Shown here: positions 21,562 to 31,860 of the stretch, piece after piece | Layout of the letters: every line of letters starts with the position of its first letter | Numbering within the stretch: the stretch's first letter is position 1 | From: Pelagibacteraceae bacterium AG-430-I06 | Lineage (GTDB): Bacteria; Pseudomonadota; Alphaproteobacteria; Pelagibacterales; Pelagibacteraceae | Length of the DNA: 64,000 bases | Reading direction: 5' to 3' | Assembly: GCA_003209895.1 (NCBI GenBank) | Contig: QCOH01000003.1 | Location: 20,144 to 84,143, forward strand | The notes under the pieces: generated by a model | What the model saw: only the letters and a program-made list of their open reading frames with translations | What the model was told of the DNA's origin: nothing | Database searches by the model: none | Program-made: the position numbers and the translations under genes

Positions 21562-21781
21562 ATTTTTTCTTTTTAAGTTCATTAATTTCTTTTTGCTGTT
21601 TCTCTAATAATTTTTTTAATATTTGAAATTCTTTCTTTGTTACTAAATCAAATTTATTAACAATATTTTCCTTTTGAAATTTCAATGATGTTGAGATTTC
21701 TTTCTTTAAATCTTCAGACGTGAGTATGCCTGCTTCGACAAAACTAGATATCATTTTAAGAATTTTTTCAGAATTACTCAT
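21539..21781 (-). CDS. UbiK/YqiC (BMFP)-family accessory protein
   Basis: 80 aa coiled-coil protein with the family-like core FDLVTKKEFQILKKLLEKQQKEINELKKK. Its 3' end overlaps the convergent kinase gene by 23 nt. Confidence 0.6.
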   Translation of the reverse strand: MSNSEKILKMISSFVEAGILTSEDLKKEISTSLKFQKENIVNKFDLVTKKEFQILKKLLEKQQKEINELKKKKSKKAKKS

Positions 21782-21837
21782 AACTTGACCTTAAATTATA
21801 AACAATTTAATTTCAATTGTGATAAATTCTTAAAAAA

Positions 21838-22635
21838 ATGATAGTCCATAATTTTGATCCTGTTTTATTAGACTTTGGAATTATTCAAATACGATGGTAT
21901 TCACTTGCATATATTTTTGGGATTCTTTTCGGATGGTGGTATGGGAAGAGTATTATAAAAAAACAAATTTCTGAAACAAGTCAAAAAAAATATCTTGTAA
22001 ATTTTGATGATTTAGTAGGATACATCATAATAGGAGTTATAGTCGGAGGAAGACTGGGTTATGTATTTTTTTACAATCCATCTTTTTATTTAGAAAATAC
22101 CTTAGAAATTTTTAAATTGTGGAAAGGAGGTATGTCTTTTCATGGAGGCCTTATCGGAGTAATGATATCTATTTATATTTTTTCAAAATTTAAAGATTTA
22201 AATTTCAGAATTTATTTTGATACTGTTTCCTGTGTTGCTCCTTTAGGAATTTTTTTAGGTAGAGTTGCTAATTTTATAAATGGCGAACTCTACGGTATTA
22301 AGACAGATAAAACTTGGGGTGTAATTTTTCCTAAAGTTGATAACTCACCACGTCACCCATCTCAAATATATGAGGCTTTACTAGAGGGAGTTATTTTATT
22401 TTTTATTTTAAAATTTTTAATAGGTAAAAAGTTTTTAAATCATGGGGCTGTATCTTTAATATTTTTGGTCATGTACGGTGTTTTTAGAATTATTTCTGAA
22501 CAATTTAGACAGCCAGATGAACATATCGGATACATATTCGGTTATTTAAGTGTGGGATCTTTTTTGAGTATAATAATGATAATATTGGGAATTTTCTTTT
22601 TGTTAAAATCAATTTCATATGAAAAAAATAAATAA
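21838..22635 (+). CDS. lgt: Prolipoprotein diacylglyceryl transferase
   Basis: IRWYSLAYIFGI, GGMSFHGGLIG, GRVANFINGELYG, HPSQIYEALLEG. Confidence 0.93.
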   Translation: MIVHNFDPVLLDFGIIQIRWYSLAYIFGILFGWWYGKSIIKKQISETSQKKYLVNFDDLVGYIIIGVIVGGRLGYVFFYNPSFYLENTLEIFKLWKGGMSFHGGLIGVMISIYIFSKFKDLNFRIYFDTVSCVAPLGIFLGRVANFINGELYGIKTDKTWGVIFPKVDNSPRHPSQIYEALLEGVILFFILKFLIGKKFLNHGAVSLIFLVMYGVFRIISEQFRQPDEHIGYIFGYLSVGSFLSIIMIILGIFFLLKSISYEKNK

Positions 22636-23680
22636 AATTTTTAAAAAAAATAAATCACTTTCCTTAGACTTATATTTGGAGAAAATTCTTTATGATAAGG
22701 ATGCGGGTTATTACCAAAATTTTAATCCTTTTGGAGCTAAAGGTGATTTTGTAACAGCTCCAAATATATCTAATATTTTTTGTGAAATGATTACAATATG
22801 GCTTGTTAGTTTTTGGGAAAGCTTAAAAAAACCTAAAAATTTAAATTTTGTTGAATTGGGTCCGGGTAATGGTGATCTTTGTATTATATTATTAAAAACT
22901 TTAAAAAACTTTCCCGAGGCTTTTAGGTCAATTAAAATAATCCTATATGAAAAAAGTAAAAAGTTAAGAGAAATCCAAGAAAAAAGAATTGTTGAAAAAA
23001 ATGTTTCTTGGATTAATGATTTAAAAAAAATTAAGAAAGGTCCAACTGTTTTTTTCGGTAATGAATTCTTAGATGCATTACCAATTAAGCAATTTAAAAA
23101 AATAAATGGGGAGTTTTTTGAAAGGTATGCTACTTTAAAAAAAAAGGAAGTTAAATTCATTTACAAAAAAGCAAAAAATAAAGAAATTATTAAACTTAAA
23201 AACTATAAACTTACTAAAAACAATGGGATTATTGAATATCCCGAGTATGGTTTCAAAGAATTAAATACCATGTGCAATAGGATAAAAGAACTTAATGGCG
23301 GTCTTCTATTTATAGATTACGGTTTTAATGTGAACCAAGGCCAAGATACACTTCAATCAGTGATGAAACATAAATATAATAAAATTGAAAAAAACATTGG
23401 TAAAGCTGACATTACATCCCTTGTTAATTTTGATTTATATAAAAAATATTTTAATTACCAAGGATTGAAAGTAGAAAACGTAATAAGTCAAAGTAAATTT
23501 CTTCAAAAAATGGGGATTATAGAAAGATTTAATATTGCAAGTAAAAACCTTAGCTTTGATGATAGATCAAATATGTATTTGAGACTCAAAAGATTAATTG
23601 ATCCAAAATTTATGGGAGAAAATTTTAAGGTAATGTTTGCAAAAAATAAGAAGTGTAAATTTTCTTTAGCTTTTAAATAA
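22619..23680 (+). CDS. MidA/NDUFAF7-family SAM-dependent methyltransferase
   Basis: GDFVTAPNISNIFCEMI, ELGPGNGDL, NEFLDALPI, ADITSLVNF: the pattern of the MidA (DUF185) family. Confidence 0.8.
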   Translation: MKKINKIFKKNKSLSLDLYLEKILYDKDAGYYQNFNPFGAKGDFVTAPNISNIFCEMITIWLVSFWESLKKPKNLNFVELGPGNGDLCIILLKTLKNFPEAFRSIKIILYEKSKKLREIQEKRIVEKNVSWINDLKKIKKGPTVFFGNEFLDALPIKQFKKINGEFFERYATLKKKEVKFIYKKAKNKEIIKLKNYKLTKNNGIIEYPEYGFKELNTMCNRIKELNGGLLFIDYGFNVNQGQDTLQSVMKHKYNKIEKNIGKADITSLVNFDLYKKYFNYQGLKVENVISQSKFLQKMGIIERFNIASKNLSFDDRSNMYLRLKRLIDPKFMGENFKVMFAKNKKCKFSLAFK

Positions 23681-24441
23681 TGTTTTACTGTAAAAATTTA
23701 AAATTAAATAATAATATTGAGCACTGTTTTTTTTCAAGAAATAATGGTGCTTCTAAAGGAATTTATAGAAGTCTCAACTGCGGGATTGGAAGTAATGATG
23801 ATGCCTCGGTTGTTGTAAAAAATTTAGAAATTGTATCAAACAAAATTAAAATTAGGACGGATAAATTAATTTTGATGAATCAAACTCACAGTAGTAATGT
23901 CGAGGTGATAAAAAATATAAATAATTTGAATAAAATAAAAGCCGATGCAATGCTGACTAAAGAAAATTCGATTGCTTTAGGTGTATTAACTGCTGATTGT
24001 GCTCCAATTCTAATTTATGAAACTGATATAGGTATTGCAGGATGTATTCATGCTGGCTGGAAGGGTGCTGTGAATGGCATTATAGAAAATACTTTAAAAA
24101 AAATTGTGGAAATGGGCGGAAGTAGTGAAAAAGTGATTGTTTCGGTAGGTCCATGTATTGCTCAAAAAAGTTATGAGGTAAAAGAAGATTTTTACTCAAT
24201 GTTTTTATTAAAATCTGATGAAAATAAAATGTTCTTTTTCCAAAATGATAAAAAAACATTTAATTTTGATCTAAGAGGGTTTGTTAATAAAAAATTTAAA
24301 GATAACGGGGTATCTCAAATTGAGAACCTAACTTTAGACACCTTTGCCTCAGAGAATGATTACTTTAGCCATAGAAGGGCCAAAAAGTTAGGAGAGAATG
24401 ATTACGGAAGATGCATATCAGTGATAAAAAAAATATCTTAG
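23680..24441 (+). CDS. pgeF: YfiH/PgeF-family (laccase-domain) purine nucleoside phosphorylase/peptidoglycan editing factor
   Basis: MNQTHSSNV, LTADCAPIL, IHAGWKG, GPCIAQKSYEV. TAATG overlap with the upstream gene. Confidence 0.85.
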   Translation: MFYCKNLKLNNNIEHCFFSRNNGASKGIYRSLNCGIGSNDDASVVVKNLEIVSNKIKIRTDKLILMNQTHSSNVEVIKNINNLNKIKADAMLTKENSIALGVLTADCAPILIYETDIGIAGCIHAGWKGAVNGIIENTLKKIVEMGGSSEKVIVSVGPCIAQKSYEVKEDFYSMFLLKSDENKMFFFQNDKKTFNFDLRGFVNKKFKDNGVSQIENLTLDTFASENDYFSHRRAKKLGENDYGRCISVIKKIS

Positions 24442-24490
24442 AAAAATAATTGAAACATCCTTATAATGAATGTATAAGTAATTAGTTCTA

Positions 24491-25423
24491 ATGAAAATTT
24501 TATCAGGAACAAGCAATCTTTCGCTAAGTAAAAGTATCTCGAGGCATCTTAAGCTTAAGTTAGTCAATACCAATATAAAAAATTTCGCTGATGGTGAAAT
24601 TTACGTAGAAATAAACGAAAATATAAGAGGTAATAGTGTTTTTGTTATTCAATCTACATCAACTCCTGCAAATGATAATCTCATGGAGCTTCTTTTGTGC
24701 ATTGATGCTTTAAAAAGATCTTCTGCAAAAAATATTACTGCCGTAATTCCATACTTTGGTTACGCAAGACAAGATAGAAAAGTTGTCCCTAGAACGTCTA
24801 TATCTGCTAAACTTGTTTCAAACTTAATAACCAATGCGGGTGCAAACAGAATTGTAACAGTTGATTTACATTCGGGACAAATACAAGGTTTTTTTGATAT
24901 GCCCGTCGACAATTTATTTACAACTCCGATATTTGCAAGATATATCAAAAAAAATATTAAAGGTAAGAATTTTATATGTGTTTCTCCTGATGCAGGCGGA
25001 ATAGAAAGAACCAGAGGTCTTGCTAAAAAAATAAATGCTGACTTGGCTATAATAGATAAAAGAAGACCTCAGGCGGGAAAATCTCAGGTTATGAACATTA
25101 TAGGGGATGTTAAAAATAAAGATTGTGTAATAGTTGATGATATCATCGACAGCGGAGGAACTATTGTGAATGCAGCGGATGCATTGATTAAAAAAGGTGC
25201 TAGAAATATTTACGTATTTATTACTCATGCTGTATTAAGTGGAGAAGCAATAAATAAGATAAAAAAATCAAGAATTAAAAAATTAGTTATAACAGACAGC
25301 ATTGATAACTCTAAAAGAATAAAAAATATTAATAAAATTCAGGTATTATCTATTGCTTCTTTAATGGCTGAAGCCATTAAAAGGATTTCAAATTCAACAT
25401 CTGTGTCAGATCTTTTCAATTAA
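24491..25423 (+). CDS. prs: Ribose-phosphate pyrophosphokinase
   Basis: YFGYARQDRK, DLHSGQIQGFF, PRPP loop VDDIIDSGGT. Confidence 0.95.
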   Translation: MKILSGTSNLSLSKSISRHLKLKLVNTNIKNFADGEIYVEINENIRGNSVFVIQSTSTPANDNLMELLLCIDALKRSSAKNITAVIPYFGYARQDRKVVPRTSISAKLVSNLITNAGANRIVTVDLHSGQIQGFFDMPVDNLFTTPIFARYIKKNIKGKNFICVSPDAGGIERTRGLAKKINADLAIIDKRRPQAGKSQVMNIIGDVKNKDCVIVDDIIDSGGTIVNAADALIKKGARNIYVFITHAVLSGEAINKIKKSRIKKLVITDSIDNSKRIKNINKIQVLSIASLMAEAIKRISNSTSVSDLFN

Positions 25424-25463
25424 TACTTGTTTTATTTCAAAGTTGGGTTAAATTGCTCGTTCA

Positions 25464-26225
25464 ATGATAAACAATTTAAAAGCTGTCAAGAGAGAAACCA
25501 AAACGGCAGGAGAACTCAAAGGTTTAAGAATAAAAGGTCTTATACCCGCGATATTATACGGGGGTAAAAGTCCAAATTTAAAATTAAGTATCGAAGAGAA
25601 ATCTTTTAATAATATTTACAATTCCGATACTTTTTTATCTACTATTATTGATCTAGAAATTGAAGGCAAGAAAGAGAAAGTTATACCAAGAGATGTTTCT
25701 TATCACGTAGTCTCGGAAAAACCTGCGCATATCGATTTTATGAGAATTATTCAAGGTTCGAAAGTAATTTTAGAAATTCCAGTTATATTTAAAAATAATA
25801 ATGACTCACCGGGTTTAAAAAAGGGGGGGGTCTTAAATATTGTTAGACGTAAAGTTCAGTTAGAATGTAAAGCAGAAAATATTCCAGAAAATATTATTGT
25901 AGACCTAAGCGGCTTAGATATTGGCGCAAGTGTAAAAATATCTTCAGTTAAATTACCTGAAAATGCAAAACCAACTATAACTGATAGAGATTTTGTAGTT
26001 GCTACTATTGCTCCACCAACAATCGTTAAAGAACCAGAGAAACCAACTGAAGAAGCTGCAGCAGAAGGAGCGGATGGTGAAGCTGCTACCTCTGGCGAGA
26101 CTGCCGAAGCTGCCTCAGGTAAAGAGGGAGAAGCTGAAAAGAAAGATGATAAAGGTAAAGAGCAGAGTGGAGACAAAAAGCCTGCACCTGATAAAAAAAC
26201 CCCAGATAAGAAAGAAAAAAAATAA
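25464..26225 (+). CDS. rplY: 50S ribosomal protein L25/Ctc general stress protein form
   Basis: LRIKGLIPAILYG, HIDFMR, two-domain Ctc architecture plus an A/E/K/P-rich C-terminal tail. Conserved prs-rplY-pth-ychF order. Confidence 0.9.
   Translation: MINNLKAVKRETKTAGELKGLRIKGLIPAILYGGKSPNLKLSIEEKSFNNIYNSDTFLSTIIDLEIEGKKEKVIPRDVSYHVVSEKPAHIDFMRIIQGSKVILEIPVIFKNNNDSPGLKKGGVLNIVRRKVQLECKAENIPENIIVDLSGLDIGASVKISSVKLPENAKPTITDRDFVVATIAPPTIVKEPEKPTEEAAAEGADGEAATSGETAEAASGKEGEAEKKDDKGKEQSGDKKPAPDKKTPDKKEKK
25823..25830 (+). repeat. G8 homopolymer inside rplY (codons AAG GGG GGG GTC)
   Basis: Read directly from the sequence. It is the longest G run I noticed in this AT-rich window. Confidence 0.95.
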
Positions 26226-26230
26226 CTTTT

Positions 26231-26803
26231 ATGCTTTTGTTAGTAGGATTAGGAAATCCAGGCCCAAATAATTTAAATAATAGACACAATATAGGTTTTA
26301 AAATAATTGATGCTATAAATCAGCAATTTAATTTATCAAAACAAAAACCAAAGTTCAAAGGTTTGCTAACAACAGGAAATATAAATAATAAAAAAGTTTA
26401 TGCTATTAAACCGCTAACTTTTATGAATAATTCAGGTACTTGTATAAGAGAACTTATTGAATACTTTAAAATTGATGCAAAAGATGTTTTTGTTTTTCAT
26501 GATGATATGGATATCGATTTAGGCAAAGTAAAAGCAAAATTCGGAGGAAGTAGTGCTGGTCATAATGGAATTGAGTCAATTGATAAATCTATAGGAAAAG
26601 AGTATTCAAGAGTTAGGGTTGGAATAGGTCACCCAAAAGACAAGAAAAAAGTAAATAGTCATGTTTTAGAGGACTTCAATGAAACTGAAGAAGAAAAAAT
26701 CCAAGATATTACTCAAAATATAGTTAAACTTCTTCCAACATTAATTGAAAAAAAAATGGACTCTTTTTCAAGTAAAGTAAATCAAAATTTGAATGGGATT
26801 TAA
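26231..26803 (+). CDS. pth: Peptidyl-tRNA hydrolase
   Basis: LLVGLGNPG...RHNIGF, FMNNSG, DDMDIDLGKVKAKFGGSSAGHNG. Confidence 0.93.
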   Translation: MLLLVGLGNPGPNNLNNRHNIGFKIIDAINQQFNLSKQKPKFKGLLTTGNINNKKVYAIKPLTFMNNSGTCIRELIEYFKIDAKDVFVFHDDMDIDLGKVKAKFGGSSAGHNGIESIDKSIGKEYSRVRVGIGHPKDKKKVNSHVLEDFNETEEEKIQDITQNIVKLLPTLIEKKMDSFSSKVNQNLNGI

Positions 26804-27866
26804 GTGTGGAATAGTTGGATTACCTAATGTTGGGAAATCAACTTTGTTTAATGCATTAACCTCCACAAAAAACGCACAAGCTGCTAACTTTCCTTTTTGT
26901 ACTATAGATCCAAATATCGGAGTGGTTAACGTACCTGACAAGAGGCTAGATGAGCTTTATCAATTATCAAATTCAAAAAAAAAAATAAATGCCAATATAA
27001 CTTTTGTTGATATTGCGGGTCTTGTTAAAGGAGCATCTAAGGGGGAAGGTTTGGGTAATAAATTTTTATCTCACATAAGAGAAGTAGATGCAATTGTTCA
27101 TTTAGTAAGATGCTTTGACTCAGAAAATATACAGCACGTTAATAAAGTAATAGATCCAATTGGCGACCTAGAGACGATAAAAACTGAAATATTACTATCT
27201 GATATAAATCAGGTAGAAAAAAAACTGCATAAAAATACAAAGAGGAAGATTTCGGAAAGAGAAATAAAATTATTTGAAGATGTACTTAAAAAATTAAATA
27301 AAGGGGAAGATATAAACAAATATAGTGATCCTGAAGATCAAAAAATCTTAAAAGAAGCGGGTCTTATTTCGAATAAGCCTTACATAATAGTTGCAAATGT
27401 GGATGAGAAAAATGTTAAATCAGGTAATAATTACACTAAAACATTAAAAGAAAAATATTCAGAACAAAAACACGTTGTTATATGCGCGGATATTGAAGAG
27501 CAAATTACAGATTTAAATGATGATGAAAAAATCTCGTATATGGAAAATATAGGCCTTGAAAAGACTGGTTTGAATCAACTTATTACAACTGGATATGAAT
27601 TATTGAATCTCAATACTTTTTTTACATCTGGTCCAGAAGAGTCCAAAGCATGGACTATAAGAAAAAATACAAATGCACAATCAGCTGCAGGTGTAATCCA
27701 CACAGACTTTGAAAAAAATTTTATAAGGGCTGAGACCGTTTCTTTTGTTGATTTTAAGAAGTATGGTAGTGCTGAAAAAGCAAAAGAAAATGGCAAGATG
27801 AGAATCGAAGGAAAAGATTATTTAGTTAACGATGGTGATGTATTATTTTTCAGGGTCAATGTCTGA
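26793..27866 (+). CDS. ychF: Redox-regulated ATPase YchF
   Basis: GIVGLPNVGKSTLFNALT, DIAGLVKGAS, TGS-like C-terminus AWTIRKNTNAQSAAGVIHTDFEKNFIRAE. Confidence 0.95.
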   Translation: MGFKCGIVGLPNVGKSTLFNALTSTKNAQAANFPFCTIDPNIGVVNVPDKRLDELYQLSNSKKKINANITFVDIAGLVKGASKGEGLGNKFLSHIREVDAIVHLVRCFDSENIQHVNKVIDPIGDLETIKTEILLSDINQVEKKLHKNTKRKISEREIKLFEDVLKKLNKGEDINKYSDPEDQKILKEAGLISNKPYIIVANVDEKNVKSGNNYTKTLKEKYSEQKHVVICADIEEQITDLNDDEKISYMENIGLEKTGLNQLITTGYELLNLNTFFTSGPEESKAWTIRKNTNAQSAAGVIHTDFEKNFIRAETVSFVDFKKYGSAEKAKENGKMRIEGKDYLVNDGDVLFFRVNV

Positions 27867-28628
27867 CCAAAGTCTTCGCATACTGAAATAAATAAGAATT
27901 GTAAAAATAATTAAAAATATTATAACCCTTACACCCATCTTATGTCTTTGTTCTAAAGTTGGCTCAGCTGCCCAAGTTAAAAACGTTGTAACATCTTTAG
28001 CCATTTGAGACTCTGATGCTAGGGTTCCATCCTGATACGTGACTATACCTTCAGATAATGGATTGGACATTTTAATTTTTTTTCCTTCCATATATTTATT
28101 GTAGTAAACACCTTCATCTAATTGGATATTTGCTGGTGGATCCTCGTAACCCATTAAGACAGAATATATGTAATCTGCCCCGCCTTTTCTTGACTTAACA
28201 AGAACTGACATATCTGGTGGATAGGCACCGCCATTAGCGGCAGTAGCCGCCTGTATGTTAGGATATGGAGATACAAACTTATCAGACGGTCTTCCAGGTC
28301 TTGAAAACATTTCTCCATCCTCATTTGGACCATCTTCAACTTCAAAGTTTGCCGCAATAGCTTTTACTTGATCTAGTGAAAATTCTGGCCCACCCTCTTC
28401 TCCTAAATTTCTATAACTCAGTAAACGCATTGAATGGCATGAAGCACAAACTTCGGTGTATACTTGATATCCTCTTTGAAGAGCAGCTCTATCGAATTTA
28501 CCCGTAATACCTTTGAAAGACCAATCCTGTTCTAATAGCTCCGTCTTTTCGGCAGAGTTCGAAATTGTGAAAAGTGAAGTGTATAAAATGCAGAGGAAAA
28601 AGATAAATTTTAGTTGCAATTTATGCAT
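27843..28628 (-). CDS. petC: Cytochrome c1 of the bc1 complex
   Basis: Signal peptide, heme site CASCHS, C-terminal TM anchor. The start overlaps the petB stop by 1 nt. The 3' end overlaps convergent ychF by 24 nt. Confidence 0.9.
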   Translation of the reverse strand: MHKLQLKFIFFLCILYTSLFTISNSAEKTELLEQDWSFKGITGKFDRAALQRGYQVYTEVCASCHSMRLLSYRNLGEEGGPEFSLDQVKAIAANFEVEDGPNEDGEMFSRPGRPSDKFVSPYPNIQAATAANGGAYPPDMSVLVKSRKGGADYIYSVLMGYEDPPANIQLDEGVYYNKYMEGKKIKMSNPLSEGIVTYQDGTLASESQMAKDVTTFLTWAAEPTLEQRHKMGVRVIIFLIIFTILIYFSMRRLWSDIDPEK

Positions 28629-29887
28629 TATCTATTTTTTTCGTCGTTCCTCATTAACTCTGGTTTTGGCATTCCTGTTAGAACTGGTTCGGAAATACTT
28701 AATGGCAACGGATCTGTCTTTTCAATTTTACTTAGAAGAGGAAGAACTAGCAGAAAGTGAGCAAAATAATAAGCAGTTCCTATTCTTGCTATAAATAAGT
28801 AGACTCCTTCTGCTGGCATCGCACCTACATATCCTAAAGCAAGCACATCTATGATAAGTATCCAGAAGAATATTTTATATAGTGGTCTATAAACAGCCGA
28901 TCTCACTTTGCTGTTGTCTAGCCATGGAAGTATTAAAAGTATTATTAATGAACCAAATAATAACAACACTCCGCCCAGTTTATCAGGGACCGATCTTAGT
29001 ATCGCGTAAAATGGTAATAAGTACCACTCAGGAACTATATGTGTCGGTGTTATTAGCGGGTTTGCTGGAATATAGTTGTCGGGATGTCCTAGAATATTTG
29101 GTGAAAAGAAAATAAAACCTGAGAAAATAATAATAAATATTAAAAGTGCGAACAAATCTTTAATTGTGATGTAAGGATGGAACGGCACAGTATCCTTAGA
29201 TGGTTTTTTTACATCAATTCCAACTGGATTATTATTTCCAGGAACATGTAAAGCCCATATATGAAGAACTACCAACCCAAGAATTATAAATGGAAACAGG
29301 TAATGCAAACTAAAAAACCTAGTTAATGTTGGATTGTCTACAGAGTATCCTCCCCATAACCAAGTCACGATACTGTCTCCAACTAAAGGAATAGCACTAA
29401 ATAGATTGGTTATAACAGTAGCACCCCAAAAACTCATTTGACCCCAAGGTAAAACATAGCCCATAAATGCTGTAGCCATCATCAATATATAAATTAGCAT
29501 TCCAAGGATCCAAATTATTTCTCTTGGAGCTTTATATGAACCATAAAATAAAGATCTGAATATATGAATATAAACAGCTAGAAAAAACATCGAAGCGCCA
29601 TTTGCGTGAATATACCTAATAAGCCATCCGTAGTTCACGTTCCTCATTATATGTTCAACGCTGTCGAATGCTAAGTCTGCGTGGGCAACATAATGCATGG
29701 CTAATACTAATCCAGTTACAATTTGCGTTACTAAACAAAAAGTAAGAATTCCTCCAAATGTCCACCAATAATTTAAATTTTTTGGTGTAGGATAATTTAT
29801 TAAATGATCCCCTAAGGTTAACAATGGTAGTCTGTCATTAAACCATTTTCCAAATTTTGTTGACGGTGTATATGTATGTTCGCTCAT
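28628..29887 (-). CDS. petB: Cytochrome b of the bc1 complex
   Basis: 419 aa polytopic protein with canonical cytochrome b segments ([33 protein letters not shown]). Confidence 0.95.
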   Translation of the reverse strand: MSEHTYTPSTKFGKWFNDRLPLLTLGDHLINYPTPKNLNYWWTFGGILTFCLVTQIVTGLVLAMHYVAHADLAFDSVEHIMRNVNYGWLIRYIHANGASMFFLAVYIHIFRSLFYGSYKAPREIIWILGMLIYILMMATAFMGYVLPWGQMSFWGATVITNLFSAIPLVGDSIVTWLWGGYSVDNPTLTRFFSLHYLFPFIILGLVVLHIWALHVPGNNNPVGIDVKKPSKDTVPFHPYITIKDLFALLIFIIIFSGFIFFSPNILGHPDNYIPANPLITPTHIVPEWYLLPFYAILRSVPDKLGGVLLLFGSLIILLILPWLDNSKVRSAVYRPLYKIFFWILIIDVLALGYVGAMPAEGVYLFIARIGTAYYFAHFLLVLPLLSKIEKTDPLPLSISEPVLTGMPKPELMRNDEKNR

Positions 29888-29890
29888 AAG

Positions 29891-30403
29891 TTATCCGATC
29901 TTTATAGTGTTGCTATCAACAAACTCATATTTTGGAACTTCCATGTTAGTCGGTGCCGGACCTTTTCTAATTCTGCCTGAAGTATCATAATGAGATCCGT
30001 GACAAGGACAAAACCAGCCATTGTATTCACCCTTGTTTGATAATGGAACGCATCCCAAATGTGTACAAATTCCTAACATCACTAACCATTCTTCTTTTTT
30101 AACTCTGTCTTCATCCTTCTCTGGATGTTTAAGTTCGTTCAAATTTACTTTTTTTGCCTCCGCTATTTCTTCAGGAGTTCTTCTTTTGACAAAAACTGGT
30201 TTACCTCTCCATAAAACCGTAATTGCTTTACCAGGCTGTATCTGGCTAATATCAACCTCAGTTGATGCCAAGGCTTTAACAGAACTATCAGGATTCATTT
30301 GATCAATAAAGGGCCAAACTGTAGCGCCCAAGCCGATAGCACCTACCGTGTAACTTGCGGTAAAAAGGAAGTCTCTTCTATTTTTTTTTCCTGATTTATT
30401 CAT
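29891..30403 (-). CDS. petA: Ubiquinol-cytochrome c reductase Rieske iron-sulfur subunit
   Basis: Tat-like RRDFLF, Rieske boxes CTHLGC and CPCHGSHYD. Confidence 0.95.
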   Translation of the reverse strand: MNKSGKKNRRDFLFTASYTVGAIGLGATVWPFIDQMNPDSSVKALASTEVDISQIQPGKAITVLWRGKPVFVKRRTPEEIAEAKKVNLNELKHPEKDEDRVKKEEWLVMLGICTHLGCVPLSNKGEYNGWFCPCHGSHYDTSGRIRKGPAPTNMEVPKYEFVDSNTIKIG

Positions 30404-30531
30404 TAAATTATATTAACATTATTTATTTATTAAATAGGAACTATTTATAATTCAAAAACGGGGCAGAATGACACATAAAACTGTTTTAAAACTAGGGAAT
30501 TAAGGATTTTATAAACAACAAAATTAATTTA

Positions 30532-31383
30532 ATGAGAACAAAATTAGAAGTTAAAAAGAAAATTGCCAGTGACTGGTTCAGATTTCTTCAATCTCAAATT
30601 TGTGAAGAATTTGAAAGAATTGAAAATAAAAAATCGAAGAGAAATAAATATAATTTGTTCAAAAAAACTACCTGGAAAAAATCTAGAAATCCAGAAGATG
30701 GTGGTGGCATGTATGCCATTTTAAAAAATGGTGAAGTTTTTGACAGTGTTGGCGTTAATTATTCAGAGGTGTCTGGAAAATTTAAAAAAAAATTTAGAAA
30801 TCAAATTTTAGGAGCAGAAAGAAACCCTTTTTTTTGGGCGTCAGGAATATCGGTTGTGGCTCATATGAAAAATCCAAAAATTCCTGCTATGCATTTTAAT
30901 ACACGATTTATAGTAACCACAAAAAACTGGTTTGGTGGAGGAATGGACGCAACTCCCTCGATAAAAGATAAAAATGAGGAAAAATTATTTCATAAAAAAA
31001 TTAAAAATACATGTGATAGATACAATAAAAAATATTATTCAAAATATAAAAAATGGTGTGATGAATATTTTTATTTGCCACATAGAAAAGAAACACGAGG
31101 TATAGGGGGTATATTTTTTGATTACAAGAAAGATGACTGGGAGAAAAATTTCAGTTTTACAAAAAGTATAGGTTTATGTTTTCTAGACTGCGCTAAAAAT
31201 ATAATTGAGAAAAAAATTAATACAAGTTGGTCGAAGAAACAAAAAAATGATCAGCTTTATAAAAGGGGAAGATATGTTGAATTTAACTTATTATATGATC
31301 GAGGAACAAAATTTGGTTTAAACACAGGTGGTAATGTTGAAGCAATTCTTATGTCTCTTCCGCCTGAAGCAAAGTGGAAATAA
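30532..31383 (+). CDS. hemF: Oxygen-dependent coproporphyrinogen III oxidase
   Basis: GGGMYAIL, HFNTRF, WFGGGMDATP, RGIGGIFFD, RGTKFGL. Confidence 0.92.
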   Translation: MRTKLEVKKKIASDWFRFLQSQICEEFERIENKKSKRNKYNLFKKTTWKKSRNPEDGGGMYAILKNGEVFDSVGVNYSEVSGKFKKKFRNQILGAERNPFFWASGISVVAHMKNPKIPAMHFNTRFIVTTKNWFGGGMDATPSIKDKNEEKLFHKKIKNTCDRYNKKYYSKYKKWCDEYFYLPHRKETRGIGGIFFDYKKDDWEKNFSFTKSIGLCFLDCAKNIIEKKINTSWSKKQKNDQLYKRGRYVEFNLLYDRGTKFGLNTGGNVEAILMSLPPEAKWK

Positions 31384-31860
31384 ATGGATAAAGAACCAAT
31401 AACAATTTTAGGTTTAAAAAAACTTCAAGAGGAGTTAGAAGAAATTAAAAAAATAAAAAGACCAAAAATTATTGCTGCAATAGCAGAGGCTCGTGGGCAT
31501 GGGGATTTAAAAGAAAATGCCGAGTACCACGCAGCCAAAGAACAACAATCACAAACTGAGAGTAGAGTGCTGGAGATTAGTAATACTATTGCTAGGGCCA
31601 ACGTAATAGATGTCACAAAAATGGAAAACACGGGAAAAATTATTTTTGGTGCTACTGTTACGGTTAAAGATCTAGATAAAGAAAGTAAAAATACTTTTAA
31701 AATAGTTGGAAAAGACGAAGCTGATGTAAGCAAAAATTTAATTTATTTCATGTCTCCAATCGGTAAATCTTTAATTGGAAAAAAAGAAAAAGATCTGGTC
31801 AATTTTACTACTCCCTCGGGTGAAAAAAATTATGAAATAATTAAAGTTGAATATATTTAA
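31384..31860 (+). CDS. greA: Transcription elongation factor GreA
   Basis: 158 aa. GDLKENAEYHAAKEQQ, C-terminal FKBP-like domain SPIGKSLIGKK. Starts immediately after the hemF stop. Confidence 0.95.
   Translation: MDKEPITILGLKKLQEELEEIKKIKRPKIIAAIAEARGHGDLKENAEYHAAKEQQSQTESRVLEISNTIARANVIDVTKMENTGKIIFGATVTVKDLDKESKNTFKIVGKDEADVSKNLIYFMSPIGKSLIGKKEKDLVNFTTPSGEKNYEIIKVEYI

Noticed and set aside
25856-26289. Three overlapping ORFs (25856-26176 minus, 25999-26271 plus, 26086-26289 minus) over the 3' end of rplY.
   Set aside because: They arise from the locally GC-rich repetitive tail, which has few stop codons in any frame. The rplY frame is continuous with the conserved L25/Ctc domains.
30468-30503. 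An 11-codon mini-ORF (MTHKTVLKLGN*) in the 128-bp petA/hemF divergent spacer. I also scanned this spacer for FNR/FixK-type TTGAT-N4-ATCAA boxes and riboswitch-like structure.
   Set aside because: An ORF this short is expected by chance. It has no coupling to hemF, whose start is 28 nt further on. I found no palindromic box or extended pairing. The spacer is best explained as two back-to-back promoters.
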